Source of the DNA: an uncultured Actinomycetes bacterium
GTDB taxonomy: Bacteria; Actinomycetota; Acidimicrobiia; IMCC26256; PALSA-610
DNA length: 64,000 nt
NCBI GenBank assembly: GCA_963782465.1
Contig: CAWAJR010000007.1
Coordinates: 279,558 to 343,557 of the forward strand
Direction: 5' to 3'
The position numbers and the translations under genes are program-made. Positions 46,120 to 56,279 of this stretch are shown here, in pieces. Numbering within the stretch: position 1 is the stretch's first letter; every line of letters begins with the position of its first letter. The notes under the pieces are model-generated. The model was not told where the DNA came from. It ran no database searches and saw only the letters and a program-made list of their open reading frames with translations.

Positions 46120-48147
46120 CTACCCCGCGTTCGCGATGTCGGGGAAGACATCGAGCCAGTGGCGTTGACCCGCGCCGTCGATCCAGCCGCGCGTGTTGCG
46201 GTCGGGCGCGGCTTGCGGCCTACCTGACAGCGACATCCACGCGGCTGGGGTGATCACGTGGCCGTTCACCCAGACACCGAGGGCCGGGCCGCTCGCGGTG
46301 AAGACCTTGTCGACGTTGCACTTGATCGATGCGGGTTGCCCCAACGGGCTGCGCGACAGTGCCCCGCCCGGCAAGACGTAGCGGCCGGGCACGATCGACT
46401 CAGGTGTGCCGGTGATGAAGTCGAGCAGGCTCACGAGCGACTGGCCGACGAGGTTGCCCGTTTGCGAACTGGTCGCCTCGCTGTCGTCGGAGTGGCCGCA
46501 GCCGAAGCGGTCGACGTCGCTGTCGGAGTTCGGTTCGCCGGTCACGCCGACGCCGTTGCCGGCCGGAAAGATGTAGCCGAGCATGTCCTCGCCGAGGCCG
46601 TCGATGAAACGGTACGGCGTGTGCAAGTGCGGCATCACCCATGGCGGGAGCGCGGGCTCGGGCTTCGGCATGTCTTGCGGCCCGAGGAAACTGCGCAGGT
46701 ACGTGAAGGGGAAGGCTTCGCCCGGCACCGACGCGAATTCACCATCGCCGATCTGGAACGCGGCGACGTTCGATTCCAGTTCGGTGCCGTTCGTGGCGCC
46801 GTTGGCCGCGGGCGGGATCTCGACCGTGCAGTGGTTCGTGAACGACGATCGTTCCGCGAACACGCCGAGCTGCGCGCCGAACGCGAACAACGCGTTCGTG
46901 AGCGTGATGCACACCGGTACTCGCGCGCCCCACACCGTGTTGGTCGTCGACCACCGGCCCGAGTGGCGCAGTGAAGCGATGATCGCGTCACCCAACTGCT
47001 GCCCCAACGCCTTCGTCTCCTTGCCGTAGCCGACCGGCATCGGTGTGCCGTTCGCGTCGTAGAGCGTGCGGCAACCCGCGGGGTGCGACGCGTCGACGAA
47101 CTCCTGCGGGACCCGCGAGATCGCGCCCGGGAAGATCTGCGGGGTTTCGTTGCTCCCGACCGAACCGGCCATCTCGATGCCGACGCCACCGAATCGCTTC
47201 TCGAGCTCACGCCGGAAGAAATGCGGCCAGTCGGAGCTGATCCAGAGCTTCTGCGCAGGGTCGGGGTTGAAGCCGAGCGTCTCGGCGTGCTGGCTGACAT
47301 CGCCGAGGGTCGCGATCACGTGACCGTCGGTGCCGACGGCCTGTAACGCCGGCATGAGCTGATCGTCGACGAACGGGTACGAGGAGAAGCATTGCCGGAG
47401 GTTCGCCGGTTCGATGGCTTCGGCATACTTGATCCGCGCCGGCCGCTGCCGCCGGTACGCGAGCTCGATCGCGCGTGCCGACTGCTTCACCAGGAAGTCG
47501 ACGTAGTACGCGTCGACGCCGGAAACGGTGAGGTCGATGCCCGAGATACCGAGCGTGTCGGGCGACGATTCGTCGTGGGTGGCGGAGATGAAGATGCCAT
47601 CGAGCGGGTACCCGTCGGCCGCGACCTGCGCGCGGATGCGCGCCTGGTACGTGTTGAACAGCCCCTCCTGGTCGAGCACCTCGACCGCGATGGTTCTCTT
47701 GCCGTCACCGACGACGATCGCGCGGGCGGTGACCGCGTCGGCGACTGTGGTCGCGAACCGGGGCGAGTCGCTGCCGCCGCCGAGCATGATCCCGTCCCAG
47801 CGGCCGTTGCCGTTGCAGTCGATGTACGGATCGCCCGACTCGAACGTTCCGGTGCCACCCTGATCGATGTACGGCTCCTCGAACGAAAAGATCCGCGCAC
47901 CGGAGTACGCAGCCGGGTTCGCGACCTTCGACAGGCAGTTCGCGGGATCGTTGCGCGTATGGCCGAACTTCGGCGGGGTGATGCTGGTGACGGCCGCGCC
48001 GACTTCGAACCGCGCCGCGCCCCGATGGCCGTTCGCAACCGGCGCGACCGACGTACCACGGGCACGACGCGCCGCCGACGCCGCGGTCAACGGCGCGAAC
48101 GCTGCGAGCGCGGCCGCGATCGCCGCGATGGTCTTGCCGTTCCGCAT
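46120..48147 (-). CDS. secreted hydrolase, neutral/alkaline ceramidase-like (function tentative)
   Basis: Signal peptide MRNGKTIAAIAAALAAFAPLTAASA. EVGAAVTSITPP ... VTARAIVVGDG ... IFISATHDESSPD resembles the ceramidase N-terminal domain. Confidence 0.55.
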   Translation of the reverse strand: MRNGKTIAAIAAALAAFAPLTAASAARRARGTSVAPVANGHRGAARFEVGAAVTSITPPKFGHTRNDPANCLSKVANPAAYSGARIFSFEEPYIDQGGTGTFESGDPYIDCNGNGRWDGIMLGGGSDSPRFATTVADAVTARAIVVGDGKRTIAVEVLDQEGLFNTYQARIRAQVAADGYPLDGIFISATHDESSPDTLGISGIDLTVSGVDAYYVDFLVKQSARAIELAYRRQRPARIKYAEAIEPANLRQCFSSYPFVDDQLMPALQAVGTDGHVIATLGDVSQHAETLGFNPDPAQKLWISSDWPHFFRRELEKRFGGVGIEMAGSVGSNETPQIFPGAISRVPQEFVDASHPAGCRTLYDANGTPMPVGYGKETKALGQQLGDAIIASLRHSGRWSTTNTVWGARVPVCITLTNALFAFGAQLGVFAERSSFTNHCTVEIPPAANGATNGTELESNVAAFQIGDGEFASVPGEAFPFTYLRSFLGPQDMPKPEPALPPWVMPHLHTPYRFIDGLGEDMLGYIFPAGNGVGVTGEPNSDSDVDRFGCGHSDDSEATSSQTGNLVGQSLVSLLDFITGTPESIVPGRYVLPGGALSRSPLGQPASIKCNVDKVFTASGPALGVWVNGHVITPAAWMSLSGRPQAAPDRNTRGWIDGAGQRHWLDVFPDIANAG

Positions 48148-48204
48148 CGCTCACCCCCGTGAAGTTGCGATGCTCCGGACGCTACAACCGGCGCCCGGTG
48201 CGAG

Positions 48205-48669
48205 TCACCCGCGGGCGGAGGAGGTGTCGACGATCAGCAGGCTCGACGGGCAGTGGTGCGACACCTTGTTGGGAACGCTGCCGAGCACGAACCGTCGCGC
48301 ACCTGACATGCCGCGGTTGCCGACGACGACGAGGTCGGCGTCGGCGTCGGCCGCGACGCTCAGCAACGAATCGGCTGCGTCACCCGGCACACAGTGCGTC
48401 TCGACGTCGACACCGGCGGCCCTCGCTCGCTCGGCGGCCTGATTGCAGATCCGCTGCCCGTCGGCGTGGATCTCGTCGTTGGTCTGGTTCATGTCGACGG
48501 GCACGATGCCGACTTGCCCCGCCGTCGCGACGTGGTACGCGGTCATCACGCTGTGCGCGTGCACAACGTGCAACCGTGCGCCGGTAAGGCGCGCGAGTTC
48601 GACCGCGGTGTCGACCGCCGCGTGCGCCCCGGCCGAGCCGTCGGTCCCGACCACGATCTGCTTGTACAT
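48205..48669 (-). CDS. universal stress protein (UspA family)
   Basis: MYKQIVVGTDGS ... ADLVVVGNRGMSGARRFVLGSVPNKVSHHCPSSLLIV. Only the last 154 codons of the track ORF look real. Confidence 0.85.
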   Translation of the reverse strand: MYKQIVVGTDGSAGAHAAVDTAVELARLTGARLHVVHAHSVMTAYHVATAGQVGIVPVDMNQTNDEIHADGQRICNQAAERARAAGVDVETHCVPGDAADSLLSVAADADADLVVVGNRGMSGARRFVLGSVPNKVSHHCPSSLLIVDTSSARG

Positions 48670-48827
48670 CGCCACCCGCCCGGTTCCCGGCCGCGCGAAC
48701 CGCGACCGACCAACCGGCACGCTACGACCCGCGGGCCTCCGGCCGCCACCGTCGGAACCGTGAAACACCATGCGAGCAGTGACGTTGGGCCCTGGAACGC
48801 GAATCGCGAGGCGGCGACGATCCCGGC

Positions 48828-49295
48828 ATGCAGACCTACGCGATCGAAACCCGTGCCCTCGACGAGCAGCAGACCGCAGTCGAGTTCGCGACCCTCGCAA
48901 CGGCGGAGATCGGGCCTTTCCTGGGCAAGGCGTTCGGTGAGTGCGCGGCCTACCTCGCGCGCAAAGGGGCCGGGCCGGTCGGCCTGCCGTTCGCCCGGTA
49001 CCGCGACGTGGGCGGCGGCCAATTCGAAATCGAAGCCGGGTTCGTCGCAACGACGCCGGTGAGCGGCGAAGGCGACGTCGAACCATCCGACCTTCCACGC
49101 GGCACGGCGGCGGTGACCGTTCATGTCGGGCCGTACGACGCGATCGCACCGGCGTACGTCGCGCTCGGCGAGTGGGTGCGCGACCAGGGTGGCGAACCGA
49201 ACGGCGACCCGTGGGAGGTGTACCTCACCGATCCGAGCGTCGACCCCGACCCATCGAGCTATCGCACCGAAGTGGTGATGCCATACACCGTGTGA
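48828..49295 (+). CDS. GyrI-like small-molecule-binding domain protein
   Basis: The length, and FARYRDVGGGQFEIEAGF ... VHVGPYDAIAPAYVALGEWV ... PWEVYLTDP, fit the GyrI-like/SOUL effector-binding fold. Confidence 0.7.
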   Translation: MQTYAIETRALDEQQTAVEFATLATAEIGPFLGKAFGECAAYLARKGAGPVGLPFARYRDVGGGQFEIEAGFVATTPVSGEGDVEPSDLPRGTAAVTVHVGPYDAIAPAYVALGEWVRDQGGEPNGDPWEVYLTDPSVDPDPSSYRTEVVMPYTV

Positions 49296-49399
49296 AACGC
49301 CGTCGGCCGGCGCGGAAGTCGGGGCGCATCATGGCCGAACGGCCCTGCTGTCGCGCCCCACCGCGGCGCGAAGCTTGACGATGAGCGAGGGGGGTTCGC

Positions 49400-50775
49400 A
49401 TGGACCGCATGAACAGCCTCGATGCGGTATTCATCGCCATCGAGGATTCCGTGAACCACATGCACATCGGCTCGGTGGGGATTTTCGACGGGCCGTCGCC
49501 GGCATTCGAAGACGTGCGGGCGCTCGTCGCGTCGAAGCTGCACCTCGTGCCGCGCTACCGCCAGCGCGTCCGGGAAGCGCCCGTGAGCATCGGCCGCCCG
49601 CTTTGGATCGACGACCGCAGCTTCGATCTCGACTACCACGTGCGGCACACCTCGCTTGCCGAGGGTGAGCCGGACGCGCTCGAGCACCTCGTCGGGCGCG
49701 TCATGTCGCAACCACTCGATCGGCATCGCCCGTTGTGGGAAATGTGGATGATCGAAGGCGTCGGCGAGGGGCGCTGGGCACTGTTGTCGAAGGTGCACCA
49801 CTGCATGGTCGACGGGATCGCCGGCAGCGACCTCATGTCGGTCGTCCTCGACCTGGAGCCTGACGCGCCGAGGCTCGAACCACAGGCGTGGGAGCCCGCG
49901 CCCGCGCCGTCGCGTCTCGATCTCGCGCGCTACAGCGCGGAGATGGCGATCGAGTCGGCCACCGGGTTCGCCCGCGGCGGCTTCGATGTTGTGCGCCACC
50001 CGACGCGCGCCGCCGAACGCGCGCGCGACATCGTTGCCGGGCTCGGGCGGATCGTCTCGCCGGCGATGGGCGGGGGAGCAGAGGCGATCCTCGGCCCGAT
50101 CGGCCCGCACCGCCGTTGGGTACGCACGCGCGTCTCACTCGACGACGTGAAGCGCATTCGGGTCGCGTTCGGCGGCACGGTGAACGACGTCGTGCTCGCC
50201 GCCGTGACACGCGGGTTCCGCGAACTGCTCAAAGCTCGCGGCGCGCTCGACGGGACGATCACGACCCTCATCCCGGTTTCGACGCGGGCCCCGACGCGCA
50301 CGGCGTGTTCGACAACCGGGTGTCGGCCGTCTACGCCCGACTTCCGGTTGCCATCGAAGACCCGGTCGACACGCTCACGACGGTGCACGCGCAGATGGAC
50401 GAGCTGAAACGGTCGCACGAGATCGAAGCCTCCGCCGCGATCATCAGTATCGGCGAGGTCGCCCCGCCGGCGTTCACGGCGTTGCTGGCGCGCACGCTCG
50501 TGCACTCGCAGGAGATCGTGCAGACGATCGCGACGAACGTGCCCGGCCCGCAGGTGCCGCTCTACGTGTGCGGGCGACGGATGCGGGAGGCGTACCCGTT
50601 CGTACCGATCGCCGGTCACATCCGGATCAGCGTCGCGATCTGGTCGTATTGCGGCGACATGTACTTCGGCATCACCGGAGACTGGGACGGAGCCACCGAC
50701 CTCGACGTCGTCGCACGAGGAATCGACGGCGGGTTCGCCGCACTCCTCCACGAAGCCGCCGTCGAATCGTTGTGA
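49400..50775 (+). pseudogene. wax ester synthase / diacylglycerol acyltransferase (WS/DGAT), frameshifted as assembled
   Basis: Active-site HHCMVDGIAG is present. The N-terminal 295 aa are in the frame of 49400. The C-terminal part (GVFDNRVSAVYARLPV ... TNVPGPQVPLYVCG ...) is in the frame of 49888. The junction lies in GGGCCCC at 50286-50292 (1 nt missing). Confidence 0.85.
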
Positions 50776-50785
50776 GCACCGCGCC

Positions 50786-51727
50786 CTACCGATGAGCGCC
50801 GAAGAACGCGACGGTCTGGTTCGCGTACGTCGCCGAATATTCGTGCACCGCCATGACGACATCGACCTCTTGCCCGAGATCGAGCTTCTGATCTTTGGTG
50901 AGTGACGTGGGCAGCGTGAGCGACGCGAGCGCGGCGTCGACCTTGGCTGTCGTCACGAGGCGATGCCCGGAGCGGTCGTAGAGGCCGGCGTCGACCAGTG
51001 CGGCGAACACCGCATTGGCAGTCGCCGGGTCGATCCCGGGAACTCGCACGAATCGAACCGCCTGGAGCGACGTTTCGGGTTCGACGTACGCCGAGGCCGT
51101 GCCGCCGTCGCGTACGACCTGCGCGACCTGGTTCAGCACCTGGGCATTGTTCACGATGGGATCGTTCGCGCCGAGCGCGAAGAGCGCCGGTACGTGCAAC
51201 CCGCCCGAGTTCCGGACGGTGACAGGGATCTGCCCGTGGCTGGGCGCGATCGCCGCGACGGGATAGCCGGCGTTCTTGAACGCGGTGGCGAACACCGATG
51301 CGAACCCGGCGCCCTGCGACATGCCGATCGCGTAGATCGGCGTCTGCTTGGTGATAGAGCCGGACGCGACGTAACTCGCGTAGAGGCGGGAGAGACGCGC
51401 GAGGTCGGGGTTCGACGTGAGTGAGAGGTTGGTGTTGTCCCACTGCTTGCTGGTCCGGTTCGTGCTGTCGGTCGACACGAAGCCGTAACCGGCCGCGGTG
51501 AGATGGTTCAGCATGTCGACGGTTTCGAGTTTCGTGGCGAAGTTCGCGCTCCCGCCGGTGCCGTGGAACAGGAACACCAGGCCCGTCGGGTGCGACGGGA
51601 TGTGTGAGATGACCGGGAAGCCGTCGAAGGTCGATCCGGCCACGGTGTAGGTGGGAACCACCGCGCACCCGGTCAGCGCCACGGCGAGTGCTGCCGCGGC
51701 CGCGGCGACTTTCAGCGCTCCTGCCAT
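50786..51727 (-). CDS. lipoprotein alpha/beta hydrolase (esterase)
   Basis: Signal peptide with the lipobox LTGC, LVFLFHGTGG, and the nucleophile elbow GMSQGAG. Confidence 0.7.
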   Translation of the reverse strand: MAGALKVAAAAAALAVALTGCAVVPTYTVAGSTFDGFPVISHIPSHPTGLVFLFHGTGGSANFATKLETVDMLNHLTAAGYGFVSTDSTNRTSKQWDNTNLSLTSNPDLARLSRLYASYVASGSITKQTPIYAIGMSQGAGFASVFATAFKNAGYPVAAIAPSHGQIPVTVRNSGGLHVPALFALGANDPIVNNAQVLNQVAQVVRDGGTASAYVEPETSLQAVRFVRVPGIDPATANAVFAALVDAGLYDRSGHRLVTTAKVDAALASLTLPTSLTKDQKLDLGQEVDVVMAVHEYSATYANQTVAFFGAHR

Positions 51728-51836
51728 GCCCGTGATCTTGACCCGGCGATGTGAGGGGAATGTGAACCAGCGGTGAGCAGGCCGTGCGATCGGGGCGGGG
51801 GAGCAGGGCTGTGCGCGGTGACCCGTTGAAGCGCTG

Positions 51837-54260
51837 TCACACGATGCCGGCGTGCTGCGTGTACTGCAGCATGGCCCATTGCGGCAGGGTCGGCAGCCAG
51901 AAGGTGACGAGCCGGTAGAGCACGACGATTGCGGTCGCGGTCGCGGCGTCGACCCCCGCGCCGAGCAGCGCGGCGGTCAAGGCCGCCTCGACCCCTCCGA
52001 CGCCACCCGGCGTCGGCACCGCCGAACCGACGGTGCTGCCCACCATGAAGAGCGCGCCGGCCTGAGCGAGCCCCATGTGCACCCCGTACGCGTGCACCGC
52101 GATGGCGAACGACACGATCGCGACGAACTTCGCCAGGAAGGCCCCGCCGAGCAAGATGGCGATCTTGTCGGGACGGCGCGCGAGCGCGCTGACCGTGTCG
52201 AGCACCTTGCGCATCGTTCGCGTGACGACCGGCACGACGACTCGCCGGCCCCAACCCGACAACGCGATTGTCCCTGCGACCGCCCCGAGGACGATCGCGA
52301 TGGTCAGTACCTTCGCAACGCTCGGCAGCGAGAAATGGCCCAGCGAGTTGGTCGCGCCGCCCCACACGAGGAAGACGGCGATGAACGCCACTTGCGCGAT
52401 ACCGCTCGCCGCCGACGTCAGCCCGACCGCGGCCGCGGCGACCGTGACGTCGGCGCCTTCGAGTTGCACATAGCGGACCCGCAACGCCATCCCGCCCGAG
52501 TTCGCGGGCGTGAACCGATTGAGGAACGACTGGGCGAACAGCACCGCGAGCGTGCGGAAGAACGGGAGGTCGATGACGACCGCGCCGATCAGGCTGAGGG
52601 CGCCGCCGACGTACGACACGACCATGAACACGATGAGCAGGACGCAGTCGGAGACGTGGGCGTGGCGAAGGACCGACCACGTGTCGGACCAGTTCGCGGC
52701 GAGGCTGAGGAGGTAGCCGCCGAGCACGACACTGCCAGCCAGCGACACGATGCCCTTGAGCGTGACGCGGTGGATCTTCGACAGCTCGACCTTTTCGACG
52801 CCGGTCGCGTGCTGCGCCGCATCTCGAAGCGCAGGTAACTTCAGTTGCGCCTTGCTCGATTGCCTCCGCACCGAGGGGGTGAGCACGGTCGGCTGGATGA
52901 GTGGCAACGCGGCAGCCAGCGCGTCGCGGCCGAGCCCTTCGAGAGCCGTGCCGACGGCGCGGTCGATGCCGGCGAACACGGCCAGCGACGTCAACAGGTT
53001 CGCGGTGTCGGCACCGAGCACTTCGTCGCTCGCGTCGAGTGTTGCGAGCGTGAATTCGGTGATGGCGACCCGGTCGCCGACGCGGACATGCTCGACGTGA
53101 AGTGCCCGGTGGGCGATCCGCCGGGCGTGCAACGTCCCGACCTGGCGCCACAGATCGACGAGCATGATGTCGTCGACGTTCGATGGATCGAGTGTCGCGA
53201 GCGGTATGCCGTCGACGTTACGGACGGCTACGAGCGCGGCCTCGTCGGTGGTGAACGCGATCGCGACCGGCTGCGGCACGTGCGCACCAGCCGACCCCGC
53301 GAGCGCCAGTGCGAGCATTTCGTACTCCGCGGCGCGACGCGATGACGCGATGGGGCGCCGATCGCCAAGCCCTTTCTTGGTGAGCGCACGCCAGAGGCGG
53401 AGCACGAGCGCGACGTCGCGATCGTCGCGGCCCACAACCCGGACCCGGAGCTGTTCCCCGCCTTCGGTCGTCGTGTCGAACGCCACGGCGTGGGCTTCGC
53501 CCGGAGGGGTGACGATCCGCGCCACGTCGATGCCGACCCTCGCCAAGGCAAAGCGCAACGTGGACTCGTCGGTGCGGCGAGGCGGCGCACCCGTCATCAC
53601 CAGCGCCAGCGACCCGCACGCAGCCCCGATCGCGAGCACGACGCCCAGGTTCAGCGGAACTTCGGTCGCGGTGAGCAACCGGCAGAACGCGATGGCCGCG
53701 ATGACGGCCCACGCCGCGCGCCGCCACGACGATCGCAGCCACGCGTTCGCCGCGACGATCACGGCCATCGCGGCGGCCAAGTACGCGGTGGACGGGAACG
53801 CGGCACCGGTGAGCCACGAGTCGCTCAATCGACGTTGGATGACGACGCTCGGCACCCGCGCCGCGAGCCACGAATTCACCAGCGCGACGGTGAAGGCCGA
53901 TACCGCCGCGGCGAGGGCGAGCAACCCGATAACCCGGAACCGTCGCTGGGCGGCGAGCGCGACGACCGCGACGATCGGCGCGACGAGCGCGATCAGCTGC
54001 ACGATGCCGACCAGGAAGCCGGTGGTACCGGCCGGAAGGTCCTCGCAAAGCCGCACGATGTCGCGCGCGATCACAACGGTCTCGCCCGGAGCGGCGGCGA
54101 TCGTGCCCACGAGGGCCCCGGCGACGACCGCGGCCAGCGCGAAGCGGGCTGCGTCCGCCGGATGGCGTACCCACTGCGCGTCCACCGTCGAAGTCTTGAT
54201 CGTAAAGCGGTGCGAATCGTGCATGGTTACCGTGTTCGGGTACGGAGCGTGCTCGTGCAA
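51837..54260 (-). CDS. large membrane protein with a C-terminal MprF-like flippase (UPF0104) domain and a central kinase-like soluble domain
   Basis: About 6 N-terminal and 8 C-terminal hydrophobic segments. The C-terminal block resembles lysyl-PG synthase TM/flippase domains. The central about 250 aa (RLWRALTKKGLG ... IAHRALHVEHVRV) is reminiscent of a kinase fold. Confidence 0.55.
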   Translation of the reverse strand: MHEHAPYPNTVTMHDSHRFTIKTSTVDAQWVRHPADAARFALAAVVAGALVGTIAAAPGETVVIARDIVRLCEDLPAGTTGFLVGIVQLIALVAPIVAVVALAAQRRFRVIGLLALAAAVSAFTVALVNSWLAARVPSVVIQRRLSDSWLTGAAFPSTAYLAAAMAVIVAANAWLRSSWRRAAWAVIAAIAFCRLLTATEVPLNLGVVLAIGAACGSLALVMTGAPPRRTDESTLRFALARVGIDVARIVTPPGEAHAVAFDTTTEGGEQLRVRVVGRDDRDVALVLRLWRALTKKGLGDRRPIASSRRAAEYEMLALALAGSAGAHVPQPVAIAFTTDEAALVAVRNVDGIPLATLDPSNVDDIMLVDLWRQVGTLHARRIAHRALHVEHVRVGDRVAITEFTLATLDASDEVLGADTANLLTSLAVFAGIDRAVGTALEGLGRDALAAALPLIQPTVLTPSVRRQSSKAQLKLPALRDAAQHATGVEKVELSKIHRVTLKGIVSLAGSVVLGGYLLSLAANWSDTWSVLRHAHVSDCVLLIVFMVVSYVGGALSLIGAVVIDLPFFRTLAVLFAQSFLNRFTPANSGGMALRVRYVQLEGADVTVAAAAVGLTSAASGIAQVAFIAVFLVWGGATNSLGHFSLPSVAKVLTIAIVLGAVAGTIALSGWGRRVVVPVVTRTMRKVLDTVSALARRPDKIAILLGGAFLAKFVAIVSFAIAVHAYGVHMGLAQAGALFMVGSTVGSAVPTPGGVGGVEAALTAALLGAGVDAATATAIVVLYRLVTFWLPTLPQWAMLQYTQHAGIV

Positions 54261-54340
54261 CCACGCAACGAAGACCCTTGTGCATTCACGGCATACCGAG
54301 TCGAATGACGCGATTCAGCGGGCAATTCCTTGGGGGGCTC

Positions 54341-54985
54341 ATGCGCAATGTGATTCGTCTCGGTCGTTCGGCCGCGGCCACAGCACTCGCCGGCACGTTG
54401 ATCGCGTTCGCGGTCGCGGTGCCGGAGGCGCTGCCGGCTTCGGCTGCTCCGGCCGTCGCATCCGGAACGGTGTCGTGCAACATCGCGGGCATCGGCAAGT
54501 TCGTGCCGCAACTCACCGCGGTGGGGAGCGTCACGCATCTGAAGATCAAGTTCAACGGGAAGTCGGCGGGATGCACGTCGGCGGCGGGCGCGGGTGGTGC
54601 CGTGATCAACATCGCGTCGGCGAAGTTCCATGGTGTCGGCAAGCTGGTCGACAACGCCGGCGGTTACTGGAACGGCTGCAACGACTTCACGAACAGCGAC
54701 GTCATCGGATCGGTGATCGTGAAGATCATCTGGAATGCAACGCCGGCGATCGCGTCGACCACGATCACCTACACGTCGGGCACATCGCCGCTCGTGTCGA
54801 ACAATGCAGGGGTCGACGATCTCAACTTCCCGTCGGGTGCGACAACGACGATCACAGGTTCCTTCGCGTCGTCGCTCAACGCCCAGATGGTCCAGAACAC
54901 GGCGATCGTCAACGCCTGTTCGTCGTCGTGGGGGCCGTACCAGCCGTACACCTTTGCGCCGACGTCGACCTTGAACATCTTCTGA
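54341..54985 (+). CDS. secreted hypothetical protein (Cys-containing, Thr/Ser/Asn/Ile-rich)
   Basis: Signal peptide MRNVIRLGRSAAATALAGTLIAFAVAVPEALPASA. Four Cys in the mature part. Visibly more A/T in codons than the neighbouring genes. No family recognised. Confidence 0.6.
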   Translation: MRNVIRLGRSAAATALAGTLIAFAVAVPEALPASAAPAVASGTVSCNIAGIGKFVPQLTAVGSVTHLKIKFNGKSAGCTSAAGAGGAVINIASAKFHGVGKLVDNAGGYWNGCNDFTNSDVIGSVIVKIIWNATPAIASTTITYTSGTSPLVSNNAGVDDLNFPSGATTTITGSFASSLNAQMVQNTAIVNACSSSWGPYQPYTFAPTSTLNIF

Positions 54986-55076
54986 CGTCGATCACGGGCC
55001 CGCGAGTCGCGCTCGACTCGCCGGCCCCGTGACGACCTACGCGGCCTGTTCGCAACCGCCGCCGCGGTCTGCGAGC

Positions 55077-56278
55077 ATGCGTGACGTGACGGGAACAGGA
55101 CCACTTTCGGGGATACGCGTCATCGACGCGTCGATCGCGGCGACCGGGCCTTATGCCGCCGCGATACTCGCCGACCAGGGCGCCGACGTCGTGAAGGTCG
55201 AACGGCCCGGGATCGGCGACCTCGCGCGATGGGTCGGCGCATCGCACAACGGCGTGAGCGCGTTGTTCCTTGCCTGCAATCGTGGGAAACGGTCGATCGC
55301 GGTCGACGTGCACACCGGCGACGGCCGCGACATCGTGCGCCGCCTCGCCGGTGACGCCGACGTCTTCATCGAGAACTTCCGTCCCGGCGTACTCGACCGC
55401 GTCGGGCTCGGCTACGACGCGCTCGCAGCCGGTAACCCGAACCTTGTGTACGCGTCGCTCACCGGTTTCGGTTCGGTCGGGCCTACGCCGGGAAGTCGGC
55501 GTACGACACGGTCATCCAGGCCTATGCCGGGCTCGCCAACAATCAGGCCGACCCCGACGACGGCGAACCGGTGTTCCTCCGCCAGACCGCGGCCGACAAG
55601 GTGACGGCGCTCACCGCCGCGCAGGCGATCACGGCCGCGCTCTTCGCCCGGGAGCGAGGCCGACCCGGCCAGCATCTCGAACTGTCGATGCTCGATGCCG
55701 TCGTGTCGTTCCTGTGGGTCGACGCGGCCGGCAACGAAGTGCTCCTGGACGCGGGCGGGAACCTCGCGTCGAGTTTCGTGAAGAACTTCAAGCCGATGCG
55801 TTTCGCCGACGGGTGGGGGATCGCGACGCCGACCTCCGATGCCGACTTCGCCGGCATCTGCCGCGCCCTCGGGGTGGAGGGCTACGACGCACCGGAAGTC
55901 GCGACGATGGTCGCGCGCGCGACGAACCCGGGCGCGATGAAGCACATCATGGAACAGATCTACACGGCGGCCGCCGCGCTGCCGTCCGACGAGGCGATGG
56001 CCCGGCTCGAAGCCGAACGCGTCCCGTGCGGCCGGGTGACCGACGCCGCCGACCTGCCGGCCGATCCGCACGCGCAGGCGATGGGGCTGTTCGTCGAGTA
56101 CGAGCACCCGGCGGCCGGCCACGTGAGGTTGCCGCGGCACCCCACCCGGTTCGCGGCGACGCCCGCGACCCTCGGCGGCCCCGCGCCCGGGCTCGGCGAG
56201 CACACCGACGACATCCTGCGCGAGCTCGGCCTCGGTGAGCGGATCGACGCGCTCCGCGCAACCGGTGCCGTGGCCTGA
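55077..56278 (+). pseudogene. family III CoA-transferase (second paralogue), frameshifted as assembled
   Basis: GPLSGIRVIDASIAATGPYAAAILADQGADVVKVE ... FIENFRPGVLDRVGLGYD ... SLTGFGSVGP, then after the frame change YAGKSAYDTVIQAYAGL ... The junction GGGCC-TAC is at 55482-55483 (one C missing). Confidence 0.85.
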
Positions 56279-56279
56279 C

